Position numbers and translations under genes: made by a program
The notes under the pieces: generated by a model
The model's input: the letters and a program-made list of their open reading frames with translations, nothing else
Databases searched by the model: none
What the model was told of the DNA's origin: nothing
Assembly: GCA_028023455.1 (NCBI GenBank)
Contig: JAQFVV010000006.1
Location: 9,982,001 to 10,046,000, forward strand
Source of the DNA: Epiperipatus broadwayi
Taxonomy: Eukaryota; Animalia; Onychophora
Reading direction: 5' to 3'
DNA length: 64,000 nt
Shown: positions 1-11,146 of the stretch, piece by piece
Layout of the letters: every line of letters begins with the position of its first letter
Position numbering within the stretch: position 1 is the first letter of the stretch

Positions 1-169
1 TTACACACATGTGAAAAAGACATGTGATGAAAGAGATATGGTAAAATGAAAGTTGTAAGTATAAATCAAGAATATTTGAAAAATAAAAAGGTAAAAAAAA
101 AAATTGAAATAAGAATCCATGTTAATATGTAAGTTCTGCTTTTACATATATAAATTTATTTTTGTTTAG

Positions 170-305
170 GTTATTGTACAGAGGGCGCTGGCTGCTAAAG
201 ATCTTTCTCATGCTAAAATTGGTTGTATTATGTGTGGAATTCTTAAAGTTCTTCCATTATATTTATTAGTATTCCCTGGAATGATTGCTAGAATTTTGTT
301 TCCAG
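170..305 (+). CDS. SLC5A: SLC5A/SGLT-like sodium-glucose cotransporter, internal coding exon (upstream exons lie outside the window)
   Basis: tttag|G acceptor, CCAG|gtaag donor; 136 nt reading [45 protein letters not shown], matching the SGLT motif QVIVQRCL(S/A)AK..SH.K.GC. The paralog cannot be assigned. Confidence 0.95.
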
Positions 306-406
306 GTAAGTTTAATTGGATACAAAAAAAGATTCACCTTCCCCCCTTTCAATAAATTAATATATTTGGGTAAATAAAATTGATTACTGAAAAATTTTTT
401 GAACAG

Positions 407-514
407 ATCTTGTTGCTTGTGTCAAACCTGAAGTATGTAAAAAAATATGTGGTGCTGAAACTGGTTGTACAAATATAGCATACCCTTTATTAGTTTTGCA
501 GATCATGCCACATG
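407..514 (+). CDS. SLC5A: SLC5A/SGLT-like exon, Cys-rich extracellular loop
   Basis: aacag|AT ... CATG|gtgagt; 108 nt, phase-compatible; [37 protein letters not shown] matches the SGLT GC(T/S)NIAYP motif. Confidence 0.95.
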
Positions 515-1860
515 GTGAGTATAATAATAAAAGTTTCATAAAAAGTAGTAATTATTACCTCTTAAATGAAAATTATCTTTCATTTGTATTTGAATATAGT
601 TGATTATAATAGTTTACATGTGATATATATATAATCCAATATATTTATTTTTGTATGGACTGTTTTATTTTGATCATTATATGTTAATTCATATATAGAC
701 ATATTGAAGATTGCACCAACTAGATAAATCTATCAGTTAATCAATCGCATTATACATAATTCGAAATAATAGACAACTGTTTTGTATCCAATTTAATTTA
801 ATCAAATCATGGTTTGATCAAATTGGGAGCGAAATTGTCTATGTTAAGAAAATAAGGAGCTTTAATATATATTGGAAATGTAGATATATTGATAATATAA
901 GTAGAGGGCTGTTTATTTGATGACAGATAGTAGGTATAAGAAAGAAAAAGTTGAATAAGAAAATGTATAATCGATGAATACATATGTGTATACTTATAAA
1001 AGTAATATTTTTTATTTTTTCATGGGTTTAATTCTAATGACGACCACTAGAGAGTGTATAAAGCTATAGAATGTTTATTGTCATGTGATAAATTTTTAAA
1101 AATGGCATCTTGAGAAGGTTTATTTGTGAATGAAAATCGATTTGATGATATTAAATTAACTATTATTTCAAGATGTATAATTCAATTGATTAAGTGCTTA
1201 TAAGTTTTTGACAACATTATGGTCATATAAATTTCTCGAAAATGACTATAAGATACAAAATCTATGAGTATATAAATCCACAGATCATATATAAAATCTA
1301 ATGCAGCAACACTGTATCCGCAACCATATATTGCAGGGAATCAAGACATTGCCATAAGAGTGACCCAATATAAATATCTTTATAATCATGCAAAAATTAA
1401 TATCTAGTAGAAATCTGATTTCTGGAAACAGAAATAACAATTCAGTCATGCCTTCGATCTAAAGAATGTCAATCTAGTCTTCATGGACCAAGATGACAGA
1501 AAGAGAAAAGTTAAGGAGATGGTAGTTTATCGGCAACCACAATCATATCATTAATAGAAAAGAAAATATTCAATTATTGAATAAATGGATATTTAAAATC
1601 TAATTAAAATAATTATCACAAATATTTCTCAATAAAACCTTTTCAGTTGTCTGTGGACTTTAAGAATGTTTTGCTAATTTATTACAAAAAAAGAAGAATT
1701 ATTATATCACATATGTAATTTAAAAACACATGCCTATAAATATTCTTTATTACCCATAATTCCAATTAATATTTCTGTCACACAAATCACTTTCATTTGA
1801 TTTATATATATCATACTAATGCATAATGCTAAATAGGCATCTTTATTAACAAATAATCAA

Positions 1861-1995
1861 ATTAAACAAGGCAAAACTCTCCAGACAGTAGTGCCACCCT
1901 GTGCCAACCAGAGTAATCAATGGATGCCAGAAGTCTTGTTTAATAATAATAATTATGTGTTAGTAGAAGAGATTGTGATCATGTGATGTTTAGTG
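1861..1995. mobile_element. Family A HHR element, short fold-back remnant
   Basis: Antisense arm ggcaaaactctccagacagtagtgcc... and sense 3' end gtgatcatgtgatgtttagtg. Confidence 0.7.
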
Positions 1996-2109
1996 TTATA
2001 AATAATCAAATCTATGTTTAAAATTCTGGCCTACCATATATCCCAGTAATAAATATTAGGGGACATAGTGGGTGTATTAAACATAAATTGTTATTATAGA
2101 TATATATTA

Positions 2110-3400
2110 TTATCATCATCATCATTATTATTTTCAATCTTTATTTATTCATTGAAGGATGAAGGTCTCTCTCCAATTTTATCCAGTTTCTTTGATCTCT
2201 AGTTTTTTCTATAACCCACCAGTCAACTTTCTTTATTTCATCCATCCATCTCACATAAGGTCTCTTTCTATATCTTTTACAATATCTTGGAATCCACTTT
2301 AAAACCTTAACTGTTCATCTTTTAGCATCTCTTAGCAATGCATCTAGCCCATAACCATTTCAATCTCATAATTCTCTCGATGATGTCAATGGTATCTGTG
2401 TGTTCTCTCACCCAAGTATTTTGTTTCTGAACTTTTCTTATTATTCCCAACATACATCTCTCCACATTTCATTGAGTAGTTTGAAGTCCTTGCTTTGCTC
2501 TTCAGTTAAGTGTTTATATCTTAGAATCATAGTTGAGAACTGGTAAAACACATCTATTAAGAATCTGTCTTTCACTCATAATGAGATATTTACTTTTAAT
2601 ATCATTTCTATCAAAAGTGTCCAAGATTACAATCTGGCCATGGTAATTTGTAGTTGTTAATGTTATTAAACAGGTAAAACTCTCCATACAGTAGTGCCAC
2701 TCAGTGCAAGCTGGAGTAATCAATGGATACCAGAAGGCTTGTGTATAAAATCCCTATCCCGTGCCTACTTATCCAATATCCCCAGACTAGGTTCTGGCTT
2801 TTGGCCTTTGTCAGTGAGGAGCCTTGGATCTGAGAACACTGCTGGAGGGTTGCATTAGATCCTAAGATTTAGGTGCAGTGCTCTCAGATCCAAGGCTCCT
2901 CACTGATGAAGGCTAAAAGCCAGAACCTAGTCTGGAGATATTGGATGAGTAGGCACTAGATAGGGATTTTATGCACAAGCCTTCTGGCATCCTTTGATTA
3001 CCCTGGCTTGCACTGAGTGACACTACTGTATGGAGAGTTTTGCCTGTTTAATAACAGTTATGATAAAGAATATAGAAAATGGTGATCATGTGATGTTCAG
3101 TAGTTGTTAACATTGTCCAATTCATGATTATCAATCTTTGAAAAAAATCATTGAAGATTACTTTAGTCTTAACATCTACCTTTAGTCCTACTTTTTTTTT
3201 TACGATAAGTATTCTCTGAACTCTGAAACATTGTTTATCAAAATAATCACATCACTTGCATAAGCTAGATGACTTAAATAATCTCCATTTACCTTTACTC
3301 TCTTAGTTTCCCATTTTAATATATAATGATTAAAAGCTAAACTAGAAATTTAAAAAACACAAAGTATTTTATCTAATGTAACAGGGTTAGCTTCCAATTA
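2110..3400 (-). mobile_element. Old RTE LINE 3' fragment, split by a family-A insertion (2661-3099)
   Basis: 2110-2655 is similar to the 3' end of the intact RTE, including the (CAT)n tail; 3140-3400 reads KWETKRVKVNGDYLSHLAYASDV on minus (RT core). Confidence 0.85.
2661..3099. mobile_element. Family A HHR element, inverted fold-back with 11-bp TSD
   Basis: Arms of about 180 bp in inverted orientation; TSD GTAGTTGTTAA at 2650-60 and 3100-10; HHR-like core at 2897-2938 with GAAA mutated to GAAC in both arms. Confidence 0.9.
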
Positions 3401-3581
3401 ATAAGAAATTCATTGCTAATTAGTTTCCATGGTAAAGGTAGATTTGTCAAGTGTAAACTGACTCCAAAACATACACTTATAAATTAACCCTTTTACCAAC
3501 AATTCCAACTATTATTTTCATACATACATATCATTTCAACTTATCCTGCATAGTTGGTAGAGGTGTGACTTGGGTTTAGGA

Positions 3582-4081
3582 TAGGGTGGGCAGGCAAATA
3601 GTGGCCCAGGTGCCACATGCAGCCCAAGGACCACATGTAGCCTGCTAAGAGTTTTTATGTGGCCCACCAAGACAATCAGAAAAATCCACCTTGCACTGAT
3701 ATTTCCTTCCCATGTGCCACCGAAGATTCGTCTCACATTTTCCATTAGGATAGCCATGTCAGTACACATGTGCAGTGTAGATACAATGTGCAGTGCTTTT
3801 CCAGTTGATCTGGTTAATTTTGACTTTGCATTAGCAAATATATACATTTCCAACTTTAGTAAAACCATGAACCTTCTGAAAAAAATGTAAAATCGGTGAT
3901 AAATCTCATGTGTTTAATAAAGAACAGATAAACAAATATTTCTTTGGTAATACAGGGAATAAAGCAGTGTGTTTATTGTGTCATGAAAAAAGGTGCGGCC
4001 CTTTGCTTCCACAAAGTGGCCCCCGATGCGGCTCTTCACCATCCTTTGCGGCCCCTGAGCCAAAACAATTGCTCACCCCTT
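3582..4081 (+). mobile_element. hAT (Buster/Charlie/SPIN-like) internally deleted element
   Basis: 8-bp TSD GTTTAGGA (3574-81, 4082-89; nnnTAnnn pattern of the Buster group); imperfect TIRs TAGGGTGGGCA / TGCTCACCCCTT; subterminal GCGGCCC repeats; FNKEQINKYFFGNTGNKAVCLLCHE resembles the SPIN/GTF2IRD2-type transposase N-terminus. Confidence 0.85.
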
Positions 4082-4184
4082 GTTTAGGAGATCCTAGGAT
4101 CATTTCATGTATTTGCAGTTCTAGTGCTCAAACTTCTAAATTTCCAAGCAATAATGTCATTAGCATTGGTTTAACCTGCTCAGA

Positions 4185-4460
4185 TTGGTGCAGTTGGTAG
4201 AAGATCCAACTTGAAATCAGAAGGTCTCAGGATTGATTCTGGAACTTGTAGTTCTGGTTCTCAAACGTACCTATGAATTTTCAAGCAATAAAGTCGTTAG
4301 CATTTTTTTAACCTGCACAGTTTGGTGCAGTTGGTAAAACATCCAAATTGGAATCGAGAGATCTTATGATCTATTATGGTACTTTTTATGTACTTCTGAG
4401 ATATAATTGGTAGGGTGTCCAACTTGGGATCAGAAGATCCCAGGATCGATTCTGATTCTC
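4185..4460 (+). repeat. Three tandem degenerate tRNA-like (SINE-head) units
   Basis: Repeated TGGTGCAGTTGGTAG (A box) ... ccaacttg(g/a)aatcagaag ... ggat(c/t)gattct (B-box-like) near 4185, 4322 and 4405. Confidence 0.55.
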
Positions 4461-4491
4461 ACTAATTTTGGCACTGGTACTGAGATAAAAG

Positions 4492-4527
4492 CTCTGATGA
4501 TGACTGCTGAACAGTTGAAACTGTAAG
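4492..4527 (+). ncRNA. PLE-type hammerhead motif (family D)
   Basis: CUGAUGA-U-GACUG-CUGAA-CAGUU GAAAC U GUA, followed by AATAAA; helix I only 2 bp. Confidence 0.55.
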
Positions 4528-5520
4528 GAAGGAAATAAAATAAATCATATGTTAAGCTGCATTGTAGAGTGTAATTTAAGGAATTCAGTTAGATTGAAAT
4601 AAATACTATTAAACATATCAGTGCAAAATGTTAGACATCTTCATTAACAAATAATAGAATCTAGTTTTAACCCTCCTAATCCACCATGCTCTCTGATAAT
4701 AAATACTAGAAGACGTAGCAGTGTGTTAAACATAGGTTATTTTTATGCATACACATACGTGCGCAGAAACATATAACACTAAATTCAGAATTTAAAAATC
4801 TAGCCAAAATTTAAAAATTTTCATAGACACTATCAAGTCAGACTTCTGAAATGCAAGCAAACACAGACAGAACACAAATATATACTAATATTATTTCTCA
4901 TAATGAACTCGTAAAACTGTTAATAATTTCAGTATAATAAAGTTTTAATAACGGAACATTTTTAATTCACTTTATCTCATTCTTTTCAAAGAAAAACAAA
5001 CTTAAACTATTTTTCCCATAATTCCAACTAACTTTCTATTTACAGTTAAGATTAAAAGAACTTTATTATTAATTTAATTTAAGGAAAACTTCTTTTAATC
5101 TTAAGTCACATGAAATGTTAATTGGACGTATGGGCAAGGAAGTAGATCTACAGTATGAAGATTCAAGCCACTCCTTCTCATACTACCTGCATTCTGTGAC
5201 CAACCTTCAACTGTCAGCTGACTTAGAGACATTAAATAACTGGATCTTTGTGCTTGGGTTGACAATTTGATATTTTTAGATAGCATCATTCACTCACAAG
5301 GGTACAAAGGATCTAACTAATTTTAACACCTTGGTATAGTGGTTAGAGGGACAGATTCCAGATCTTGAGATTCTCAGATTGATCTTGGTTGTATCAATTC
5401 AGATATTCAAACTTCTTACAACTTCCTGTTCACATTAGATGGTTTAATGAAATGTTAATGCATCAAACTCTGAGTGCAAGTCATTTTGGCTTTTTTTCTT
5501 CTTTTGAACTCATGAGCAAA

Positions 5521-5774
5521 AACCATTTGATAATTATTTATTATTTGGTAGAAGAGTAAATTATTACTGGATGCTAATATCTTATGGCCATTGATTATTT
5601 TACCTATGGTAGGTCAGGAATAAGGTAATTAGTTACTGCTCTTAATTAACCATTTGATAATTATTTATTATTTGGTAGAAGAGTAAATTATTACTGGATG
5701 CTAATATATTATGGCCATTGATTATTCTACCTATGGTAGGTCAGGAATAGGGTAATTAGTTACTGCTCTTAATT
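5521..5774 (+). repeat. 2 x 127 bp tandem duplication just upstream of an exon acceptor
   Basis: Copies at 5521-5647 and 5648-5774 with about four differences. Confidence 0.95.
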
Positions 5775-5801
5775 TGATGGACTTTTTTATTTTATTTTCA
5801 G

Positions 5802-5952
5802 GTGCTAGGGGTCTAATGTTATCTGTGATGATTGCTGCCTTGATGGGTTCTCTTACATCTATCTTCAATAGTGCCAGCACTCTGTTTACCATAGATATTT
5901 GGAAAAGAATACGGAAAAATGCACAGGATATTGAACTTCTTTTAGCTGGAAA
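5802..5952 (+). CDS. SLC5A: SLC5A/SGLT-like exon
   Basis: ttcag|GT ... GGAAA|gtaagt; 151 nt; [51 protein letters not shown] contains the SLC5 signature [20 protein letters not shown]. Confidence 0.96.
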
Positions 5953-6183
5953 GTAAGTTTACTTTGAGCATATTCAACCTATGAATATACATCTTTTGTT
6001 CAATTTTAATGATGATTTACAATCTTAGAGACAAATGTATCAATATTGTTAATAAATGTTTATTAACCTAAATATTAATATATTAATTTTAACCCAGATA
6101 TAGATTCTAAACTAGTTAAAAATTAATATTTAATGGAGTTGCAATAACTGCTATAGTTTGTTTCAAATCCTCTGCATTCATTG

Positions 6184-6285
6184 GCAAGCATTGGTGGTCG
6201 AGAAATCAGTGACAGCTGCTTTACAAGCAGTTGTCCCGGGTTAGCGGGTTCACTTCCCAGCTGATGCTATGACACATGAGAAAAA
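6184..6285 (+). mobile_element. tRNA-Gly-derived short SINE
   Basis: Aligns to tRNA-Gly(TCC) (GCATTGGTGGT..AGCTGC.TTaCAAGCAGTTG.CCCGGGTT), TGACACATG plus A tail, perfect 19-bp TSD AAATCCTCTGCATTCATTG (6165-83, 6286-6304). Confidence 0.88.
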
Positions 6286-6394
6286 AAATCCTCTGCATTC
6301 ATTGTTCACTGGCAATAATAGTTTATTTTATCAATAAGTTTGAATATCATTGAATTCTTATTGTTTGCTGAATTGCGTGTGCAAGGTATTTTTC

Positions 6395-6678
6395 AACATT
6401 CTTCTAGCAGTATGTCCAGCCCAACTTCACTTCGGTCTTTTAATTTTTTCAATGAGGTCAGTAGCACCTGTTTGTTCTCTTACCCATACATTGCGTTTTC
6501 GATCTCTTCTTGTTACTCCCAACATACATCTCTCCATACTTCTTTGAGTGGTCTGAAGTCACTGTATTGCTCTTCTATTAAGTGTCCAAGTCTCAGATCC
6601 ATAAGTAAGAACTGGTAAAACACATTTATTAAAAACCTTCCTTTTCAAACATATAGACATATTTCCTTTTAGTATCAA
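6395..6678 (-). mobile_element. RTE LINE internal fragment, recent
   Basis: Near-identical by eye to about 35045-35330 of the intact copy. Confidence 0.9.
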
Positions 6679-6913
6679 ATAAAGTAGAAAGGTTGTAGAG
6701 ATATATTAAAGAATAAATGTAGAATGATAGATAGGATAGAAGAAAAAATAAAAATAAAAAGGAAGTAAAAATAATAAGAAAATAATAATTGGGAAATAAA
6801 AAAAGTAAAGGTATAGAGTTAAAAATAAAATATGATTGTGAATAATAATATAAAATATGTATTTTTATATTATATAAAATAATTGTTATATGATTATATG
6901 TTTAAATTTTATA

Positions 6914-7138
6914 GCTCTGATGAAGACTGCAGGCCAGTTGAAATTGTTAGAAAAATAAAGAAGATATATAAAAATTGCATTACAGAGCATATGAGATTTA
7001 TAAAACAGTAATATATATTAATATATGAAAAATAATGGAAAAAAACTAAAGGAGAAGATATAAGAATAATAAGTTTATATACAGCTTTTGAAATAACATG
7101 TACATTCTGAAGATGGCTTTTAAATGGTCAAAACTGTT
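6914..7138 (+). ncRNA. Two degenerate PLE-type hammerhead motifs (family D)
   Basis: 6917 CUGAUGA-A-GACUG-CAGGC-CAGUU-GAAA; 7107 CUGAAGA-U-GGC...GGUC-AAAAC. Confidence 0.5.
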
Positions 7139-7674
7139 GTTTAGATAAGAAGATGAACAAAGAATCTGTTTGGCATTAAATAAATATATGAAATGTTTTA
7201 AAATATAATAATTAAAGAGTGGATAATTTTGTCTAAGGTTATCATATATTCTCTCTTCTATGAAAGAAAGAACAATCTATAGAAGAAATTGGGTAGTATT
7301 GAAAGCTTTTGAGTGTTTACTTATAATTATATTTATATTTAACTGCTGGATTTAGAAGAATTAAAAACATTTTGTAACAATAAATCTTACTGACCCTTAT
7401 TGACTGTGATGAACTACATTAATTAAATATGTTATCATAATAAAGCATCAAGTTTCAAACTACATGTTGTAGTATTATTAATTTTATTCTGGATGTAAAG
7501 TTCATGAATAAAATATAAATCTCAATGACCTAACTGGGGCTTAATGACATGATTAGATATTTGCCAATGTCCCTTCAATCCTAATTCACACAATTGGCAA
7601 ACCATTTTATTATATAATCCTTATTTTCATCTATAAGTTCTTCATTGAGCCATATGGACAAGCTCACTTTCTTG

Positions 7675-8076
7675 ATCAGATGTTACGATAGCTGTCCAAA
7701 TGACAACCAAACCTTAAACACACGACAAAGATTTTATGAGAAAAGGGCAGCCACCCTTCTTTCTACTTTTTTTCTATATATCTAAGCCAGTCGTAAGCAT
7801 TTAGGTTTGAAAGCTTGAAACTTTAAATATCTTCAGAATTAACTCACTGAGTCTAAATAACAAATGTAGGATTTTGCATTGTACATTTGTTATTTAGATT
7901 CAGTGAGTTAATTCTGAAGATATTTAAAGCTTCAAGCTTTCAAACCTAAATGCTTATGATTGGCTTATGTATATAGAAAGAAAAGTAGAGAGAAGGGTGG
8001 CTGCCCTTTTCTCGTAAAATCTTTGTCGTGTGTTTAAGATTTGGTTATCATTTGGACAGCTATCATAGCATCTGAT
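7675..8076. repeat. Long near-perfect palindrome
   Basis: Arms of about 194 bp (7675-7868, 7882-8076) around a 13-nt spacer, with few mismatches. Confidence 0.92.
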
Positions 8077-8577
8077 TGGCTATCAGCTAAGTATTATAAT
8101 GAGCACAAAGAGATTTGGCAGTATCTCAATTTATTTCAGTTTCAACTACCTGCATTTCACAAATTAAAATATTATTTTGTTGATATTTGTATTTTCAAGA
8201 TGGTTTTATTCTTTTTGTTGACACCATGCTTTTATGTAAATAAATTCTTATTAAAAACAATATCTTCTTGGATTTAGACTTACAGTATGTGGATGTCTGG
8301 GTTATCCTTGTTAATTCAAAAGTTTATCTACAGAATGTAAATAATGTTTTGATTGCAACCTATAAAGTGTTTGATTTAAAAATTAATATTCAAAAAAGCC
8401 AAAATTCTTTAGCAACCAATAATGGATAAAAATCTTCCACATCTTTTAGCTTGGATCAAATTGAGAATGTAAGCCAATTTAAATATCTCAATAGCTTTTT
8501 AAGAAGAAGTTAGACATGGTAGTATACCACAGGCTCCAGTTTATTACTACTTCCTTTTAAGAAGCTATTTTGAGTAG

Positions 8578-9118
8578 CCAACTCCATACAATAGCGCCAC
8601 CCAGTGCAAGCCACAGTAATCAATGAATGCAAAAAAGTTTGTGCATAAAATCCCTATCTAGTGCCTATTCATCCAAAATCTCCAGATTAATTTCTAGCTT
8701 GTGACCTTCATAGTTAACTGAGAAGCCTTGGATCTGAGAACATTACACTTTGATTTTTGGAACTAATGCAACTTAACAGCAGCCATTTTTTACCATTTTA
8801 GTTAACTATAAAGTTACAAATCCAAAATTAAAATAATAATATTTTCAATCCAAGCGTATTCACTTGTGTAGTCATACAGATCTGAACCCAATTCTGTATT
8901 TGTACATTTGGTGTCTTTGGTTTTTTAATAACCACAGTCACCATCATCTTATGGATCACTACATCACATGATCACCATTTTCTATTTTTACTTAAGCTGT
9001 TAAAACAATAGTCAACTTTCCATGTTATGACTTGCACTGGGTGGCATTACCATATGGTGAGTTGCTACTATTACAACAGCTTCTGTAAGCGTAAGAAATT
9101 GTGATCATGTGATGTTTT
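8578..9118. mobile_element. Family A HHR element, diverged; antisense unit plus partial tandem plus short inverted arm
   Basis: Continuous similarity to the other family-A copies; terminal catcacatgatcacc / gtgatcatgtgatg inverted. Confidence 0.8.
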
Positions 9119-9870
9119 ATTGATTCCAACAAGTTAAAAGATAGGACATTTCATCACAGTGAAATAGTTAATGAAACTAAATTATCTGTATATAGAGTTG
9201 TTACTTTATTTAGTAAATGGAAATGAACTTTGTGTCAATTGCCAAACAATAATTATTCACTTATTATTATTACTGGCAGCAGAATTAGCTGACTGTGTAA
9301 GCATCTTCCACTAATGTTTCCTCCAACCTCATAGAGATATGATGAGACAATAAGAAGTGAACTGACATTAGAGAGAATTCACTTTCGTTTGAAATGGATT
9401 ATTGTGTAATATTAATATCTATTACTTCCATTACAAATGGATAAATAATTTACTGATCAAAAACTAAGTATAATTGTGTTAAGGGGAGTATCTTTGATAA
9501 ATTTTTGTGGCATATAATTTAGATTTTGTAATCATACACTTTATCACTGGTCAGTTTTTAGGTGTTCAGGATAGTAATTTTGCTTGTTTTCCCCCCATTT
9601 AAAATTTTTTACCCTCCTTTGATGCCACTTTAAAACAATATTTTGAATAAATATGTATTAAACAATATTTTGAATAAATATGTATTTATTTATTTTAATT
9701 TGCTATCTTCTAATATAGTTAACACACTTAAAAATAATTAAAAGTTGCCTTTATAGGTTATTCTGAATAAATGATTTTCATTCTAATCATCCTATCATCA
9801 TATGAGCATAATTTTTCTGAATCATATTATTGTATATTTGAATTAAGTTTGGCATTTCAATTCTTTTCAG

Positions 9871-10039
9871 GATTTTTGTTCTAGTTTTAGTAGCTCTCAG
9901 TATTCTGTGGATACCAATTATTGAAAGGTCACATGATTCTCAATTATTTAATTATATTCAAAGCATAACAAGCTACTTAGCACCACCTGTCTGTGCTGTT
10001 TATGTTTTGGCTATTCTGTGGGAAAGAATAAATGAAAAG
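9871..10039 (+). CDS. SLC5A: SLC5A/SGLT-like exon
   Basis: tttcag|G ... AAG|gtaatt; 169 nt; IFVLVLVALSILWIPIIERSHDSQLFNYIQSITSYLAPPVCAVYVLAILWERINEK (SGLT QLFxYIQSITSYLAPP). Too short to appear in the ORF track. Confidence 0.96.
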
Positions 10040-10513
10040 GTAATTTTATCTAATTGCTTAATTTTATATCTATTAAATTATGTACCATTCACTATATATA
10101 TATATGTAGTACATATAATTGGTCTCCTAATTAATTAATTACTTTTAAATCTCATAGGACAGTCCTCTTGCTTAAACTTAGATCAATAAATGTTTCAGTA
10201 GAAAATTGCCAAGGTAATCCTGCAAAAATGTAGGAAATCCACTTTCTGTTCATCTCTGATTTTAAATAAACTATCTTTAGATTGAGATTCAAACTCTGCC
10301 ATAAAGGTTTTACAAACTTTATATATATTGACTAATGGTCTATTGAAAAATTTTAAATAGTGATAGAAAATGGATTTCTACTTTCTATTTATTCATAGTG
10401 TTGCTTTGACCATGAATTGATGAAATATAGTTTAGACATGGGGACTGTAATATGCAATTTAAATATAATTAACTAATTAGCTTTTGACATTTTAAGTTTA
10501 TTATATATATACA

Positions 10514-11073
10514 CACGAGGTATAGCAGTTTAATTACAGAATGGCCATGTGTGAGTCACCCATTATCTAATGTATCAAAATCACATCGGTATTGAATATT
10601 CATGTTTGAACATGTTTATGCTAACGTGAATTTTAAGCTGATAGAACTGCTCATTAATGAGCTATTGAGAAGATAATAAACATCTGTGCATACGCCTTGG
10701 CATAAAAATGGTTTATAATGTACTTATTATTATAGACCTTTTGGCCAAAAAATCAATTATATACGAGTAGATCATTCTGTTTAATCTTCTGATTTGGTTT
10801 CCTGTGATTTTTGGTTATTTCTAAAATTAAAAACTGCACTGAAAGGAAGAAGATTTTCTAGTATAACTTATATTCAAAAGAATATAAGACACCTGCTCAA
10901 CAGTATTCCTGAAGATGATTTCCAGGTGTACTTTCAGAAATGGGTATATCATTTTAATCATTGTATAGAGGCACAAGGGAACTACTTTGAGAGTGACAGT
11001 AATCACTGGTGTACACTTTCATATGTATATTTTATGAAGATGCATTTTGGGAATTAAATTGTCACACCTCACA
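10514..11073 (+). mobile_element. mariner deletion derivative
   Basis: ORF VSCDFWLFLKLKTALKGRRF...SIPEDDFQVYFQKW...CIEAQGNYFE is the mariner transposase C-terminus (after YSPDLAP); imperfect TIRs cacgaggtatagcagtttaatt / aattaaattgtcacacctcac; TA-rich flanks. Confidence 0.85.
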
Positions 11074-11146
11074 TATTATAAAGATTTTTATGATTATAAG
11101 ATGGAAATAAAAACTTTTTTAGTTTACACCATGCATTGGTTTACTG

